64,000 bases of DNA from Candidatus Coprosoma sp. (GTDB taxonomy: Bacteria > Bacillota_I > Bacilli_A > RF39 > UBA660): assembly GCA_963928595.1 (NCBI GenBank), contig CAWVFK010000032.1:6383-70382 (forward strand), given 5' to 3'. The position numbers and the translations under genes are program-made. The notes under the pieces are model-generated. The model saw only the letters and a list, made by a program, of their open reading frames with translations, did no database searches and was not told the origin of the DNA. This document shows, piece by piece, positions 49,172 through 59,235 of the stretch (positions are counted from its first letter, which is position 1; each line of letters begins with the position of its first letter).

Positions 49172-50047
49172 ATGGCAAAAGACCAAGAAAAACATTTTTC
49201 TTTTCTAAAATTATTTATATTTATAATATTAATTATAGGCCTAGTAATTGCTTACGGCTTTTTTATCGAACCTAAATTAATTACCGTTAAAGAGTACAAA
49301 ATCGCCCTAAACTCTTGGCCAGATAACTTTAATGGTTTTAAAATAGTTCACATTTCCGACTTACACTATGGAAGAGTTTTTGATGAAAAAAGTTTAGAAA
49401 AATTAGTCGATAGTATCAATGAACAAGAACCAGATATTGTCGTTTTAACTGGGGATCTAATCGATAAAGATACTAATATGACTACTAGTATGGCAAATAA
49501 AATAAGTGAACTTTTAAATAAAATTGAAACATCTTCAGGAAAATATGCCATAAATGGTAATAATGATTTAAATTTTGATGAATGGACTAACATCATCTCT
49601 GGTGGTGGTTTTAAAGACCTAAATAATACTTACGACACCATATATAAAGATGGATATGACTATATTTTTATTGCTGGTGCCAGTACCATTAAAGATAAAG
49701 TATCTACAAATGATAAATTAAAAACTGCCATTGATTACTTAAATTCTTTTGAAAGTGGCGGACCTATTTATAAAATATTGCTATTACATGAACCAGATGC
49801 TATTGATGACTTATCTGTAAATCCTTTTGATCTTATTTTAGCTGGTCATTCTCACGCTGGACAAATTAAATTGCCTTTTATAGGTGCGGTTGTCTTACCA
49901 GAAGGTGCTCAAAAATATTATGATAGCCACTACAAAATCGAAAATTCTGATTTATATGTCTCAAACGGTTTAGGAGTTTCTAACTACAATTTCAGACTAT
50001 TCAACACTCCATCATATAGTGTATATAGATTGGTTCAAAACGATTAA
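49172..50047 (+). CDS. membrane-anchored calcineurin-like metallophosphoesterase (YkuE-like)
   Basis: N-terminal TM segment. VHISDLHYG, LTGDLID, INGNNDL, LLLHEPD, AGHSHAGQ. Confidence 0.8.
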   Translation: MAKDQEKHFSFLKLFIFIILIIGLVIAYGFFIEPKLITVKEYKIALNSWPDNFNGFKIVHISDLHYGRVFDEKSLEKLVDSINEQEPDIVVLTGDLIDKDTNMTTSMANKISELLNKIETSSGKYAINGNNDLNFDEWTNIISGGGFKDLNNTYDTIYKDGYDYIFIAGASTIKDKVSTNDKLKTAIDYLNSFESGGPIYKILLLHEPDAIDDLSVNPFDLILAGHSHAGQIKLPFIGAVVLPEGAQKYYDSHYKIENSDLYVSNGLGVSNYNFRLFNTPSYSVYRLVQND

Positions 50048-50048
50048 T

Positions 50049-51044
50049 ATGGATCAAATCATAAACATCTTTACTGCCCTCTCTGGGCTGTATATGATTA
50101 CTTACCTCATAGATAGTCTATTTGAAACCCCAAAAGATTTAAAAACACTAAAATTTAATAAACTAAGACACTTAGATGCCTATAATATTATTGATAATTT
50201 TGCTACTCAAGACACACAGTCAAACTCAAATATAGATAATATAGATGAAATATTAGAAAAGCTTTCTTATCCAAGCGAACTAAAAGAAATTATCATAACC
50301 TTTAAAAATTATATAGATCCAATTAATTTTGAAACATGTATAGGTAAATTAAATAATCTAAAAATCAATTATTTCAATCTAATACACGATATCAAAAAAT
50401 ACTTACAAAACTTTTGTGAAAGCGAAGGAAAATATATTCCTAAAGAAAATACTATTAACATATATAAAGTATTTGATAAAAAAAGTGTCTTAACTCATGA
50501 ATTCTTACATATGGCTTCAACTGGGAAAAATCAAACTTCTGGTTTCTGCACAAATTTAGATGATATTTGGATTGGCAACGGTTTAGATGAAGGATATACC
50601 GAACTTTTAAATGAACGAATTTTTAATTCTAAACATCTTTCATATACTTATAACATTGAAATAATCAAAATACTAGAAATATTTTTTGATAACCCAAAAG
50701 ATATGGAATACGCATATTTTCATAACAATATTTTTATTATATATCAAACCTTTTTAAAATATGGTACTAAAGAAGAATTTTTTTCTCTACTCCAAGTACT
50801 AGATAATTTAGTTGAAACTGATATTCCTATTTATAAAAAAGTGACAGCTATAAAAACAAAACTAAATCTCTATATCATTCTAAAACGTTCCCAAAATAAA
50901 GAAAAAATTTTAGCTGCTGAAAAAATACTAGAAACAGACCCACTAATTAAATTACTCAAAAACAAAAATATTATCTTAGCTAATAAACCAAAATATAAAA
51001 AGAAAATCAAAAGTCGGAGGTCTAAATATGGAAATTCTAAATGA
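50049..51044 (+). CDS. hypothetical HExxH-motif protein (putative zincin-like), paralog A
   Basis: Hydrophobic N-terminus. VLTHEFLHMAS, then ~30 aa later DEGYTELLNERIF. FFDNPKDMEYAYFH. Lys-rich C-terminal tail. Starts 2 nt after the phosphoesterase stop. Confidence 0.45.
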   Translation: MDQIINIFTALSGLYMITYLIDSLFETPKDLKTLKFNKLRHLDAYNIIDNFATQDTQSNSNIDNIDEILEKLSYPSELKEIIITFKNYIDPINFETCIGKLNNLKINYFNLIHDIKKYLQNFCESEGKYIPKENTINIYKVFDKKSVLTHEFLHMASTGKNQTSGFCTNLDDIWIGNGLDEGYTELLNERIFNSKHLSYTYNIEIIKILEIFFDNPKDMEYAYFHNNIFIIYQTFLKYGTKEEFFSLLQVLDNLVETDIPIYKKVTAIKTKLNLYIILKRSQNKEKILAAEKILETDPLIKLLKNKNIILANKPKYKKKIKSRRSKYGNSK

Positions 51045-52041
51045 AATATTAAACACCCTATTACCATTCTTAAGCGCCAGCACAGGCATATTCACAATAT
51101 ATATAACCTCAAATATTACTAGAAGTTTAAAAGTAGGAAAACAAAACAAAAAAAGAAACTGGAGTTTATCAAAACAAATACCCAGTATATCAGGTGAAAC
51201 ATATAAACCTATTGAGTATGCTAAATTTGATGAAAATGAATTAAAAAAACTTCAAAATATTCTTGAACAAACAAAATATCCACAAGAATTAGAAGACATT
51301 ATTCAAGAATTCAAGAAAAAAGTATCACCAGAAAATTTTCAAACATGTTTAAGAAACCTCAAATATGTAAAACTTGAACAAACCACCTTAGAAAACGACG
51401 CCAAAACTTTTATTACAAATTTATTATCCTTAACCCCTTACGCCGGTTATTATAATCCATATTACAATTTAATTAAAATAAACAGTTCAATTATAAAAAG
51501 AAATGTTCTAACACACGAATTTTTACACATGGCTTCAGCAAGAGATGAATTAAGTTTCGGTTTTCAATGTATAACAAGATTTAACAATCAAGAAATTGGA
51601 AGAGGAATTAACGAAGGATATACCGAACTTTTAAACCATCGAATTTTTGGTAGTCGATCATTATCATATTTTCACAATGTAAAAATTACTAAATTATTCG
51701 AAACTTTCTTTGATAATCCAAAAGATATGGAAAATGCTTACTTTCATGGTGATTTTGAAACTTTATATAGAGTGTTCTCACAATATGGTTCTAAAGAAGA
51801 GTTTTTTGAAATTATGAATAACTTAGATAATCTTGCCACTACAAAAATTCCTATCTATAACACAATAAATTCTATTAAAACCCAGTTAAAACTTTATAAA
51901 ATAGTAAAAAGAGGTAAAGATGTAAATAAAATAAAACAATTTGAAAGTATTTTAGATCAAAATCCACTAACAAAAATTTTAAGAAGTGGACAAAAAATCA
52001 CCTTAGCAAACAAACCAACACTTAAAGCAAAAACAAAATAA
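51028..52041 (+). CDS. hypothetical HExxH-motif protein (putative zincin-like), paralog B
   Basis: VLTHEFLHMASARDE, NEGYTELLNHRIF, FFDNPKDMENAYFH. Collinear with paralog A. 17-nt overlap with A. Confidence 0.45.
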   Translation: MEILNEILNTLLPFLSASTGIFTIYITSNITRSLKVGKQNKKRNWSLSKQIPSISGETYKPIEYAKFDENELKKLQNILEQTKYPQELEDIIQEFKKKVSPENFQTCLRNLKYVKLEQTTLENDAKTFITNLLSLTPYAGYYNPYYNLIKINSSIIKRNVLTHEFLHMASARDELSFGFQCITRFNNQEIGRGINEGYTELLNHRIFGSRSLSYFHNVKITKLFETFFDNPKDMENAYFHGDFETLYRVFSQYGSKEEFFEIMNNLDNLATTKIPIYNTINSIKTQLKLYKIVKRGKDVNKIKQFESILDQNPLTKILRSGQKITLANKPTLKAKTK

Positions 52042-52049
52042 AAGAGCCT

Positions 52050-53426
52050 CTAGCTCTCTTTTAAAAACTCTTTTATTAATTTAACATTTTCCCTAACCGT
52101 CTCTGGTGCTGGTCCACCTACAACAGTTCTATCATTAACAGCTTTCTTAAGATCGATATATTCGTAAATATCTTCATCAAATAATTCTGAAAACTTCTTG
52201 TATTCATCTAAAGTAATTGTATCTAAAGTTTTATCATTGTCGATTGCATAAGCAACTATTGAACCAGTAATTTTATAAGCTGTTCTAAATGGTAACCCCT
52301 TCTTAACTAAATAATCAACTGCATCAGTTGCATTAATAAATCCTTTTTTTGCTGCTTTAAGCATATTATCCTTTAAGAAAGTCGTACTAGCTAACATCGG
52401 AATAAATGTATATAGACACATTTTAACATTATCCACCGCATCAAATATTGCTTCTTTATCTTCCTGCATATCTTTATCATAAGCAAGTGGTAAAGACTTC
52501 ATCATTGTTAAAAGTGCCATCAAATCACCATATACTCTACCACTTTTACCTCTAATTAACTCTGTAATATCAGGGTTCTTTTTTTGTGGCATAATTGAAG
52601 AACCAGTTGAAAAAGCATCATCTAATTCGATAAACTTAAACTCATGACTACTCCACATGACAAACTCTTCACTAATTCTTGACATATGCATCATAATAAT
52701 TGATAATGCCGAAGCTATTTCAATCGCATAATCTCTATCTGATACACCATCTAAACTATTTAGACAAGGTCCATCAAATCCTAATAATTCACTAGTTAAA
52801 TATCTATCAGTTTTATAAGTTGTTCCAGCTAAAGCACAACTTCCAAGTGGATTAATATTCATTCGCTTATTCGCATCTTTAAGTCTTAAAATATCTCTTT
52901 TAAACATCTCGGCATAAGCCATAAAATAATGAGCTAAAGTAATTGGTTGTGCCCTTTGTAAATGTGTATATCCTGGCATAATAGTCTCATAATTTTCCTC
53001 AGCCTTTTTAATAAGTTCTTCCATTAATTCTTTAAGTAAATTAATGATTTCCTCTATTTCATCACACATATAAAGTCTTAAATCCAAAGCCACTTAATCA
53101 TTACGACTACGTGCTGTATGAAGTCTCTTACCAGCATCACCAATTCGTTTAGTAAGTTCACTTTCGATAAACATATGTATATCTTCAGCTTCCATATCGA
53201 ACTCTAACTTACCACTTTCTAAATCACTTAAAATATTTTTAAGTTCAGCTATAATTTTATCGCTTTCTTCTTTCGCAATAATACCACACTTTCCAAGCAT
53301 TGTCGCATGTGCAATACTACCAGTTATATCTTGTTTATACATTCTCTTATCAAAACTAATTGAAGAATTGAAATCATTCGTTCTCTTATCAATTTCCTTT
53401 TTAAATCTTCCGGCCCACATTACCAT
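52050..53426 (-). pseudogene. argH: argininosuccinate lyase interrupted by a single in-frame TAA
   Basis: Track ORFs 53094-53426 (..[12 protein letters not shown]) and 52050-53093 (VALDLRLY...) are in the same frame. TAA at 53096-53094 replaces the conserved Gln of the SRNDQVALD motif. No other lesions seen in the rest of the 457-codon alignment. Confidence 0.7.
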
Positions 53427-53427
53427 A

Positions 53428-54627
53428 TTATCTTCCTCCTTTTTTAGCCATTATTCTATTAGATAAGCTATATATATTCACAAATCCTTGCGCATCGTAT
53501 TGATTATAATCACTGTCATTTTCAAAAGATGAAATTCCTAAAGAATGTAAACTATTTGGACTATCAATACCTATACAAATAATATTTCCTTTATATAATT
53601 TTAATTTTACATTCCCACTAACATTTTCAGAAGCTTTATTAACAAAAGCCAAATAAGATTCCATAAGTGGACTATAAAATTTCGCATCGTAAAGTAAAGA
53701 TCCAATTTTTAAAGCCATATGTTGTTTTTCATGAAACAAATCTTTATCTAAACAAATAGATTCTAAAAGTTCATGGGCTTTATAAATAATTGTTCCTCCA
53801 GGAGTCTCATAAACTCCACGTGATTTCATACCAACTAATCTGTTTTCCACCATATCCAAAATACCAATTCCGTTTTTACCGCCTACTTCATTCAAATACT
53901 TAATAATATCAAGTAAACTCATCTCTTTATCATCAATACTTGTCGGAACACCTTCCGTAAAACCAAGTTTTACCAAAGTCTCTTCATCTGGTGCCTTTTC
54001 TGGAGTCACACCCATTTCTAAAATTTCATCGTACTTTGGAGCATTACTAGGATCTTCTAAATCTAATCCTTCATGTGATAAATGCCAAATATTTTTATCT
54101 TTAGAATAACTATGTTCTTTATTAAACTTTAATGGAACCCCATGTTCCATTGCATACTCATATGCTTCCGCACGACCAGTAATCTCCCAAGTACGCCAAG
54201 GTACAATAACTTCCATATCAGAATCAAAATGTTTGATTCCCCTTTCGAAACGTATTTGATCATTACCTTTACCAGTACAACCATGACATATTGCTTTAGC
54301 TCCCTCTTTATGTGCCACTTCTACTAATTTTTTTGCAATAAGAGGTCTACTAAAAGCAGTACCAAGTAAATACTCACCTTCATAAGTTGCTCCTGCTTTA
54401 ATAAAAGGTGCAATATAATCATTAGCAAGTTCCTCTTGTATATCCTCTACATATATCTTACTAGCCCCTGAAGCAATCGCTTTTTCTTCAATTTCCACTA
54501 ATTCGCCAGCACCTTGTCCAACATTAGCTGAATATGCAATAATTTCACATTCTGGATACTTTTCCTTAAGCCAAGGAATCATTACTGATGTATCTAAACC
54601 ACCTGAATAAGCTAAAACTATTTTCAT
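53428..54627 (-). CDS. argG: argininosuccinate synthase
   Basis: [22 protein letters not shown] (PP-loop SGGxDTS). 399 aa. Confidence 0.95.
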   Translation of the reverse strand: MKIVLAYSGGLDTSVMIPWLKEKYPECEIIAYSANVGQGAGELVEIEEKAIASGASKIYVEDIQEELANDYIAPFIKAGATYEGEYLLGTAFSRPLIAKKLVEVAHKEGAKAICHGCTGKGNDQIRFERGIKHFDSDMEVIVPWRTWEITGRAEAYEYAMEHGVPLKFNKEHSYSKDKNIWHLSHEGLDLEDPSNAPKYDEILEMGVTPEKAPDEETLVKLGFTEGVPTSIDDKEMSLLDIIKYLNEVGGKNGIGILDMVENRLVGMKSRGVYETPGGTIIYKAHELLESICLDKDLFHEKQHMALKIGSLLYDAKFYSPLMESYLAFVNKASENVSGNVKLKLYKGNIICIGIDSPNSLHSLGISSFENDSDYNQYDAQGFVNIYSLSNRIMAKKGGR

Positions 54628-54629
54628 AA

Positions 54630-54926
54630 CAAATCACTCCTTAAAATCAAAAAAAGACATCTCTAAAATAGAGACGTCTTAAAACGCGGTACCACCATAA
54701 TTGCTAGTATAAACTAACCAACTCGTATTGCTAACGGAATTACCCGAACTAAGATACTTTGCCAATCAGCATTTCCAAAAGTTACTCACAAGTTCTTTTC
54801 AATTATCACCTATCTCTTTGGCTCCCATCAACCCAAATTCGCTTTAGACGGTTAATAATTTGCTCCTCTTGGTCCTCGTTTTCATCTGCGATATAAAGAA
54901 TTTATCATATCATTTTTTATTTGTCA
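54630..54926 (-). ncRNA. T-box riboswitch leader (apparent Arg/AGA specifier) with promoter and intrinsic terminator, upstream of argG-argH
   Basis: Minus strand: TTGACA-17-TAAATT promoter (54926-54898). Stem I has GATGA and AGAGA elements and a specifier loop GAAAAGAA. T-box box AATTATGGTGGTACCGCG (plus 54685-54702), 17/18 to consensus. Terminator AAGACGTCTCTA-tttt-TAGAGATGTCTT + U7 (54646-54680) precedes the argG RBS. Confidence 0.6.
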
Positions 54927-55641
54927 ACCCCTTAGTTTTTTGTTTTCCTGCCATTAATAATACATCATCGTCTAAACAATCAACATAACTATTGCCTAAT
55001 TTACTCAACTTTTCTAATTTTTCTAAATCTATATTGTTAAAACAATAACCATTTTCCAAACATAATCTAATCACATACATTTGCTCATCCGAAAATTCTT
55101 CCTTCGCATATGCTTTTAATTGCTTTACACTAAGTCCATGCTTAGCGCCTTTATAAATTTGATACATTTGAGCTTGAGAAAATTTTCGATCAATATAAAG
55201 TAAAATCTTCTCTTCATCTATTTCCTTTTCATATCCTAGTCTCATTAAACGCATCTCATAATTATAAAATTCTACTTTAGCATACCTCTCAATTGCTTCT
55301 ATAGCAAGGCCATGTTCAAATCCTTTAAAAATCTCCTTCAGCTGATTAAAATCAAAATCACCACTTGCATACTTACTCACAAAATCTAAAGGTAAACCAT
55401 TTATTAATGCCTCACTAACCTCTAACATTTGATAAAAATCTAAATTTGGATTAGCTATCACTCTCGTCTTTTTAAAAGATAAACCGTTTTCTAAAGCTTT
55501 CCTGATTAATTTCATTTGAAAATTATCAAAAGCCTTATTCGCATATAATAAAATTTTTCTCTTAGAAAGTCCATGCTTCTTTCCTTTTTTTATTTCTAAT
55601 AATTGTTTTTTATCAAAATCATTTTTATCTAAAAATGTCAT
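54910..55641 (-). CDS. hypothetical protein with three ~45-aa internal repeats (K/A-HGLS motif)
   Basis: Repeats QLLEIKKGKKHGLSKRKILLYANKAF.. / QLKEIFKGFEHGLAIEAIERYAKVEF.. / QMYQIYKGAKHGLSVKQLKAYAKEEF... Confidence 0.4.
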   Translation of the reverse strand: MTFLDKNDFDKKQLLEIKKGKKHGLSKRKILLYANKAFDNFQMKLIRKALENGLSFKKTRVIANPNLDFYQMLEVSEALINGLPLDFVSKYASGDFDFNQLKEIFKGFEHGLAIEAIERYAKVEFYNYEMRLMRLGYEKEIDEEKILLYIDRKFSQAQMYQIYKGAKHGLSVKQLKAYAKEEFSDEQMYVIRLCLENGYCFNNIDLEKLEKLSKLGNSYVDCLDDDVLLMAGKQKTKGLTNKK

Positions 55642-55747
55642 TACATCGCTCCTTTTTAAATTAAAACAAATATTAACATTTTAAAAGTTCAAAGTCAAAT
55701 TATAACTCTGTAAATTATATGAAACAAAAAGAAAAAAGTGATAAAAA

Positions 55748-56152
55748 TCACTCCCTAAAACTAATCTTTCCATCGTAATTCCAAAATCCCAGTTTACCAT
55801 TGATATAAATAGGTTTTATTAACTTCACATTATCCATTTTAAATCCATAACCTTGCCAAGTTTTATCCATTATAACATGATTATAAATAAAACTATTCTC
55901 ACTATCTAAAACTTCTCTAAAATTATCATCGACTTTAATCGAATCCACAATATTTACTTTAGCTATAATACATCCCACAGGATAATCTAAATTATAACAT
56001 TTAAATTCTTCCATTGCTTTTTTATCCACACCTTTACTCGCATGAATAAAAACTTCTCCTCTATATTTAGTATTCCAAGTTCTAAACTCATATTTTTTAA
56101 TGCCGTAAGCAATTAAAGAAGCATATGGTTGCTTTATCGATAATACTTTCAT
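55748..56152 (-). CDS. ASCH domain protein (PUA-like beta-barrel)
   Basis: MKVLSIKQPYASLIAYGIKKYEFRTW (GxKxxExR ASCH signature). ATGA overlap with the upstream gene (translational coupling). Confidence 0.65.
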   Translation of the reverse strand: MKVLSIKQPYASLIAYGIKKYEFRTWNTKYRGEVFIHASKGVDKKAMEEFKCYNLDYPVGCIIAKVNIVDSIKVDDNFREVLDSENSFIYNHVIMDKTWQGYGFKMDNVKLIKPIYINGKLGFWNYDGKISFRE

Positions 56153-57639
56153 TTTCTAACCACTAAATCTCCAAATAAATACTTCTCTGGTAAATATAGA
56201 AATTCATCTCCATTACTAAAATTATGATCTTGATTAGGTACTACTGCCACATTCACATTTCTAAAATCTTGAATTAATGGCAAATAATTAAATGATGGAT
56301 CTTTACTTCCAAAAACACAAATTAATCTTCCTTTATAATTTTTAATTCCTTCTTTAGTCTTGTGTAAATTTATCATAAGTGGAATATTTACTAGTAACAT
56401 CTTTTTAATTCTCGAACTAACAGCTTCACTTTGAATCGCTTGCGCAGCTCCATTAGAAACGCCCATAAAATAAATATTACCTTTTAAATAATCTTCTAAA
56501 TTATTAAAGTCATTTTCTAAAGTTACATCTGAAGAATTATTAGCAATAATTACTGTTAACCCATATTTATAACTAATTCTCTTCGCAATTTTTAAATATT
56601 TATTCTGATATCCATAAATAGAACTATTAACTTCGGTTTTAATAAAAAATACATCTTCCCCGCCACTAACAATTCCATACATATCATCTATAACCTCATC
56701 ATACTTTAAAATATTAAGTCTAAGCTCTTCATCAAATTTATTCGCAAGCTTAATCAAATACTCTTTATTTTGTATATTTTTAAGTAAATTCTCATCAATT
56801 CCATAAATCATTCCTGATAAAGCCCCAACCAAAGCCCCTATCGTATCCGTATCATCGCCTAAATTAATAGCTCCAATAATACTTTCTATAAATGAATTAG
56901 TATTTAAAAATGTCCAGATAACTGCCTCTAATGTATCCACCACATAACTACTAGATTTTATATAATCCAAATCTAATTTATAAATATCCGTCGTTAAAAA
57001 TCTTTTATAAGCTCTTCGGGCATTCTCACTAAATTTATAATAATTTAAATCTTTAACTTTTTCATAGGCTTTAAACTTATTATATCCAGAGAGTAAAAAA
57101 TGAACATATTTCACATATATATAACACCCCATTACACTATACTCATGAGCATGAGTAAGCGAAGATGCGTTCTTAATGATATCGAGTAATCTATCATCGA
57201 CAATATCTTCAAAATAAGTATATAAAGCTATTGGAAGCATTCTCATCAAAGAACCATTACCATTATTATTAATTGAAGCTCCCCCACATTTTACCGGTTC
57301 TATTTTATTCATATAATACTTAAGTATACTCTCTTTAGTTGTTATTCCCATGTCAAACACGACACCTGTCGCCGTATATTTCGCGTTGTTTATCCAATCA
57401 CAAAACCTTTTCATCATATCATCATAATCAATTTTGTGTAAACTCACCAAAGAATCAATTGTCGCCAGCATCATCGATGTATCATCAGACCAAGTCCCAG
57501 AAGGCACATCATGTGTTCCATAACCTTGCATATTCAAAACTGGCTTTTCTAGTAGTTCTTCTCTCTTTTTAAATTCTATCGGCACGCCCATCGCATCACC
57601 AATCGCAAAACCTAAAATACTATTTAATATTTTCTTCAT
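56149..57639 (-). CDS. ADP-ribosylglycohydrolase (ARH/DraG family) fused to a C-terminal alpha/beta-hydrolase-like domain
   Basis: N-terminal LGFAIGDAMGVPIEF and GTWSDDTSMMLA (ARH signatures). The C-terminal ~200 aa carries a GVSNG (GxSxG) nucleophile elbow and a downstream QDHNF. Confidence 0.6.
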   Translation of the reverse strand: MKKILNSILGFAIGDAMGVPIEFKKREELLEKPVLNMQGYGTHDVPSGTWSDDTSMMLATIDSLVSLHKIDYDDMMKRFCDWINNAKYTATGVVFDMGITTKESILKYYMNKIEPVKCGGASINNNGNGSLMRMLPIALYTYFEDIVDDRLLDIIKNASSLTHAHEYSVMGCYIYVKYVHFLLSGYNKFKAYEKVKDLNYYKFSENARRAYKRFLTTDIYKLDLDYIKSSSYVVDTLEAVIWTFLNTNSFIESIIGAINLGDDTDTIGALVGALSGMIYGIDENLLKNIQNKEYLIKLANKFDEELRLNILKYDEVIDDMYGIVSGGEDVFFIKTEVNSSIYGYQNKYLKIAKRISYKYGLTVIIANNSSDVTLENDFNNLEDYLKGNIYFMGVSNGAAQAIQSEAVSSRIKKMLLVNIPLMINLHKTKEGIKNYKGRLICVFGSKDPSFNYLPLIQDFRNVNVAVVPNQDHNFSNGDEFLYLPEKYLFGDLVVRK

Positions 57640-57704
57640 ACATCTACCCTCTAACTACTATTACTATTATAACAATAAATAACCAAAATAAAAACCATAA
57701 GTTT

Positions 57705-57959
57705 TTAACCTATGATTTTTCCGTTTTTTATTGCCCATTTTTTCGCATATGAACAAGAACACTTAATCTTATAATTATTCTCTTCTAAATATTCAAAAGC
57801 TCTTTTTACAAGTTCCGATGCAATACCTTGACCTCTTAAATCACCATCGACATAAGTGTGATATATATTTGCACTATCACCATTAATATCGAAGTCCACT
57901 TCACCTTTTACCTCATCAGAAACCATATAGACAATCTTATTATCTAATAACTTATACAT
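57705..57959 (-). CDS. small GNAT-family N-acetyltransferase (YjdJ-like)
   Basis: 84 aa. YVDGDLRGQGIASELVKRAFEYLEENNYKI (acetyl-CoA binding motif A). Confidence 0.6.
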   Translation of the reverse strand: MYKLLDNKIVYMVSDEVKGEVDFDINGDSANIYHTYVDGDLRGQGIASELVKRAFEYLEENNYKIKCSCSYAKKWAIKNGKIIG

Positions 57960-57972
57960 AATTTCACTCCTT

Positions 57973-59235
57973 TTAATTAACTTTTTTTCGTATTAACAAG
58001 CAAACACTCTCCACATGATAAGTCCATGGAAACATATCAAATAACGTCACTTCTTTTACTTCATAATTTTCTCCAAGCAATTTTAAATCACGAGCCAAAG
58101 TCATCGGATCACATGAAACATAAATGAGTCTCTCAGGATTAATCTTCAAAATATCATTTATACCATCAATAGTTAAACCACTTCTTGGCGGATCTACCAC
58201 AATATTATCCGCACTTAATTTATGAATCTCTTTACTTACATCCCCACATATAAACCTAACATTAGAAATATTATTTAACTCTTTATTTAAAAATGCACAT
58301 CTAACTGCCTCTTCGTTTATCTCAATAGCCGTAACTTCCTTAAAATATTTACTTAAAAATAAACTAATTGTTCCCGTACCTGAATATAAATCTAAAATAC
58401 TTTTACCACTCGAATTATCCAAATATTCCAAAACCTTATTATAAAGTTTCAAAGCCACTTCAGTATTCACTTGAAAAAATGAATCTTTAGATACATAAAA
58501 CTTAAAATCACCAAGTTGCGCAATTATATTTTCATTCCCATAAACTAATCTATCATTCATATAGATAGACGTTGTCAAAGGTTTAAGTACCTCTATATCC
58601 ATATCACCTTTGATTATAATCATGACTTCTCCAAAATCTTTAATTATAATCTCACAAACTTTACTTAAATCACACTTTTTTAAAACTTCAATAATTTTAT
58701 TACTCTTCTCACTCGAAATTTCACATCTATTTATCTCTATTAATTCGTTTGTTCCGTTTTTAAAATAACCAATCTTTCCACCTTTAACCTTCAAAGTTAT
58801 TTTATTCCGGTACCCGTAAATGTTGTCACTAGGAACAATCTCTTTAATCACATTTTCTAAATTACCATACCTTTTTAAAATTTCTGTAACTTTATTTTTC
58901 TTAAATTCTAAAGTTTTCGGATAATTTAAACATTTAATCGCACATCCACAATTTTCATAACTACATTTTGGAACAATTCTATCGTCAGATTTTTTAACTA
59001 ATTTAATAATCTCACCAACCATATATTTTTTCTTATCCAAAACAATCTTCACTAAAGCTTCTTCGTTTGGTAATAAATTAGGCACAAAAATAATTTTTCC
59101 TAAAATATGACCTAAACCTCTTCCAAAATGATCTAATTTTTCACATTTAACTAAAACTTCATCCATATTTATCCTCGCTTTATACATTAAGTGTGAAACA
59201 TTTTTAACAAAACTCACCAAAAAAGTTTCACACAA
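57973..59235 (-). CDS. 23S rRNA (uracil-5-)-methyltransferase RlmD/RumA family (TRAM + Fe-S + SAM MTase)
   Basis: TRAM-like N-terminus. Cys cluster CSYENCGCAIKC. LDLYSGTGTISLFLS (motif I), VVDPPRSG (motif IV). The track's start is likely extended. Confidence 0.8.
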   Translation of the reverse strand: MCETFLVSFVKNVSHLMYKARINMDEVLVKCEKLDHFGRGLGHILGKIIFVPNLLPNEEALVKIVLDKKKYMVGEIIKLVKKSDDRIVPKCSYENCGCAIKCLNYPKTLEFKKNKVTEILKRYGNLENVIKEIVPSDNIYGYRNKITLKVKGGKIGYFKNGTNELIEINRCEISSEKSNKIIEVLKKCDLSKVCEIIIKDFGEVMIIIKGDMDIEVLKPLTTSIYMNDRLVYGNENIIAQLGDFKFYVSKDSFFQVNTEVALKLYNKVLEYLDNSSGKSILDLYSGTGTISLFLSKYFKEVTAIEINEEAVRCAFLNKELNNISNVRFICGDVSKEIHKLSADNIVVDPPRSGLTIDGINDILKINPERLIYVSCDPMTLARDLKLLGENYEVKEVTLFDMFPWTYHVESVCLLIRKKVN

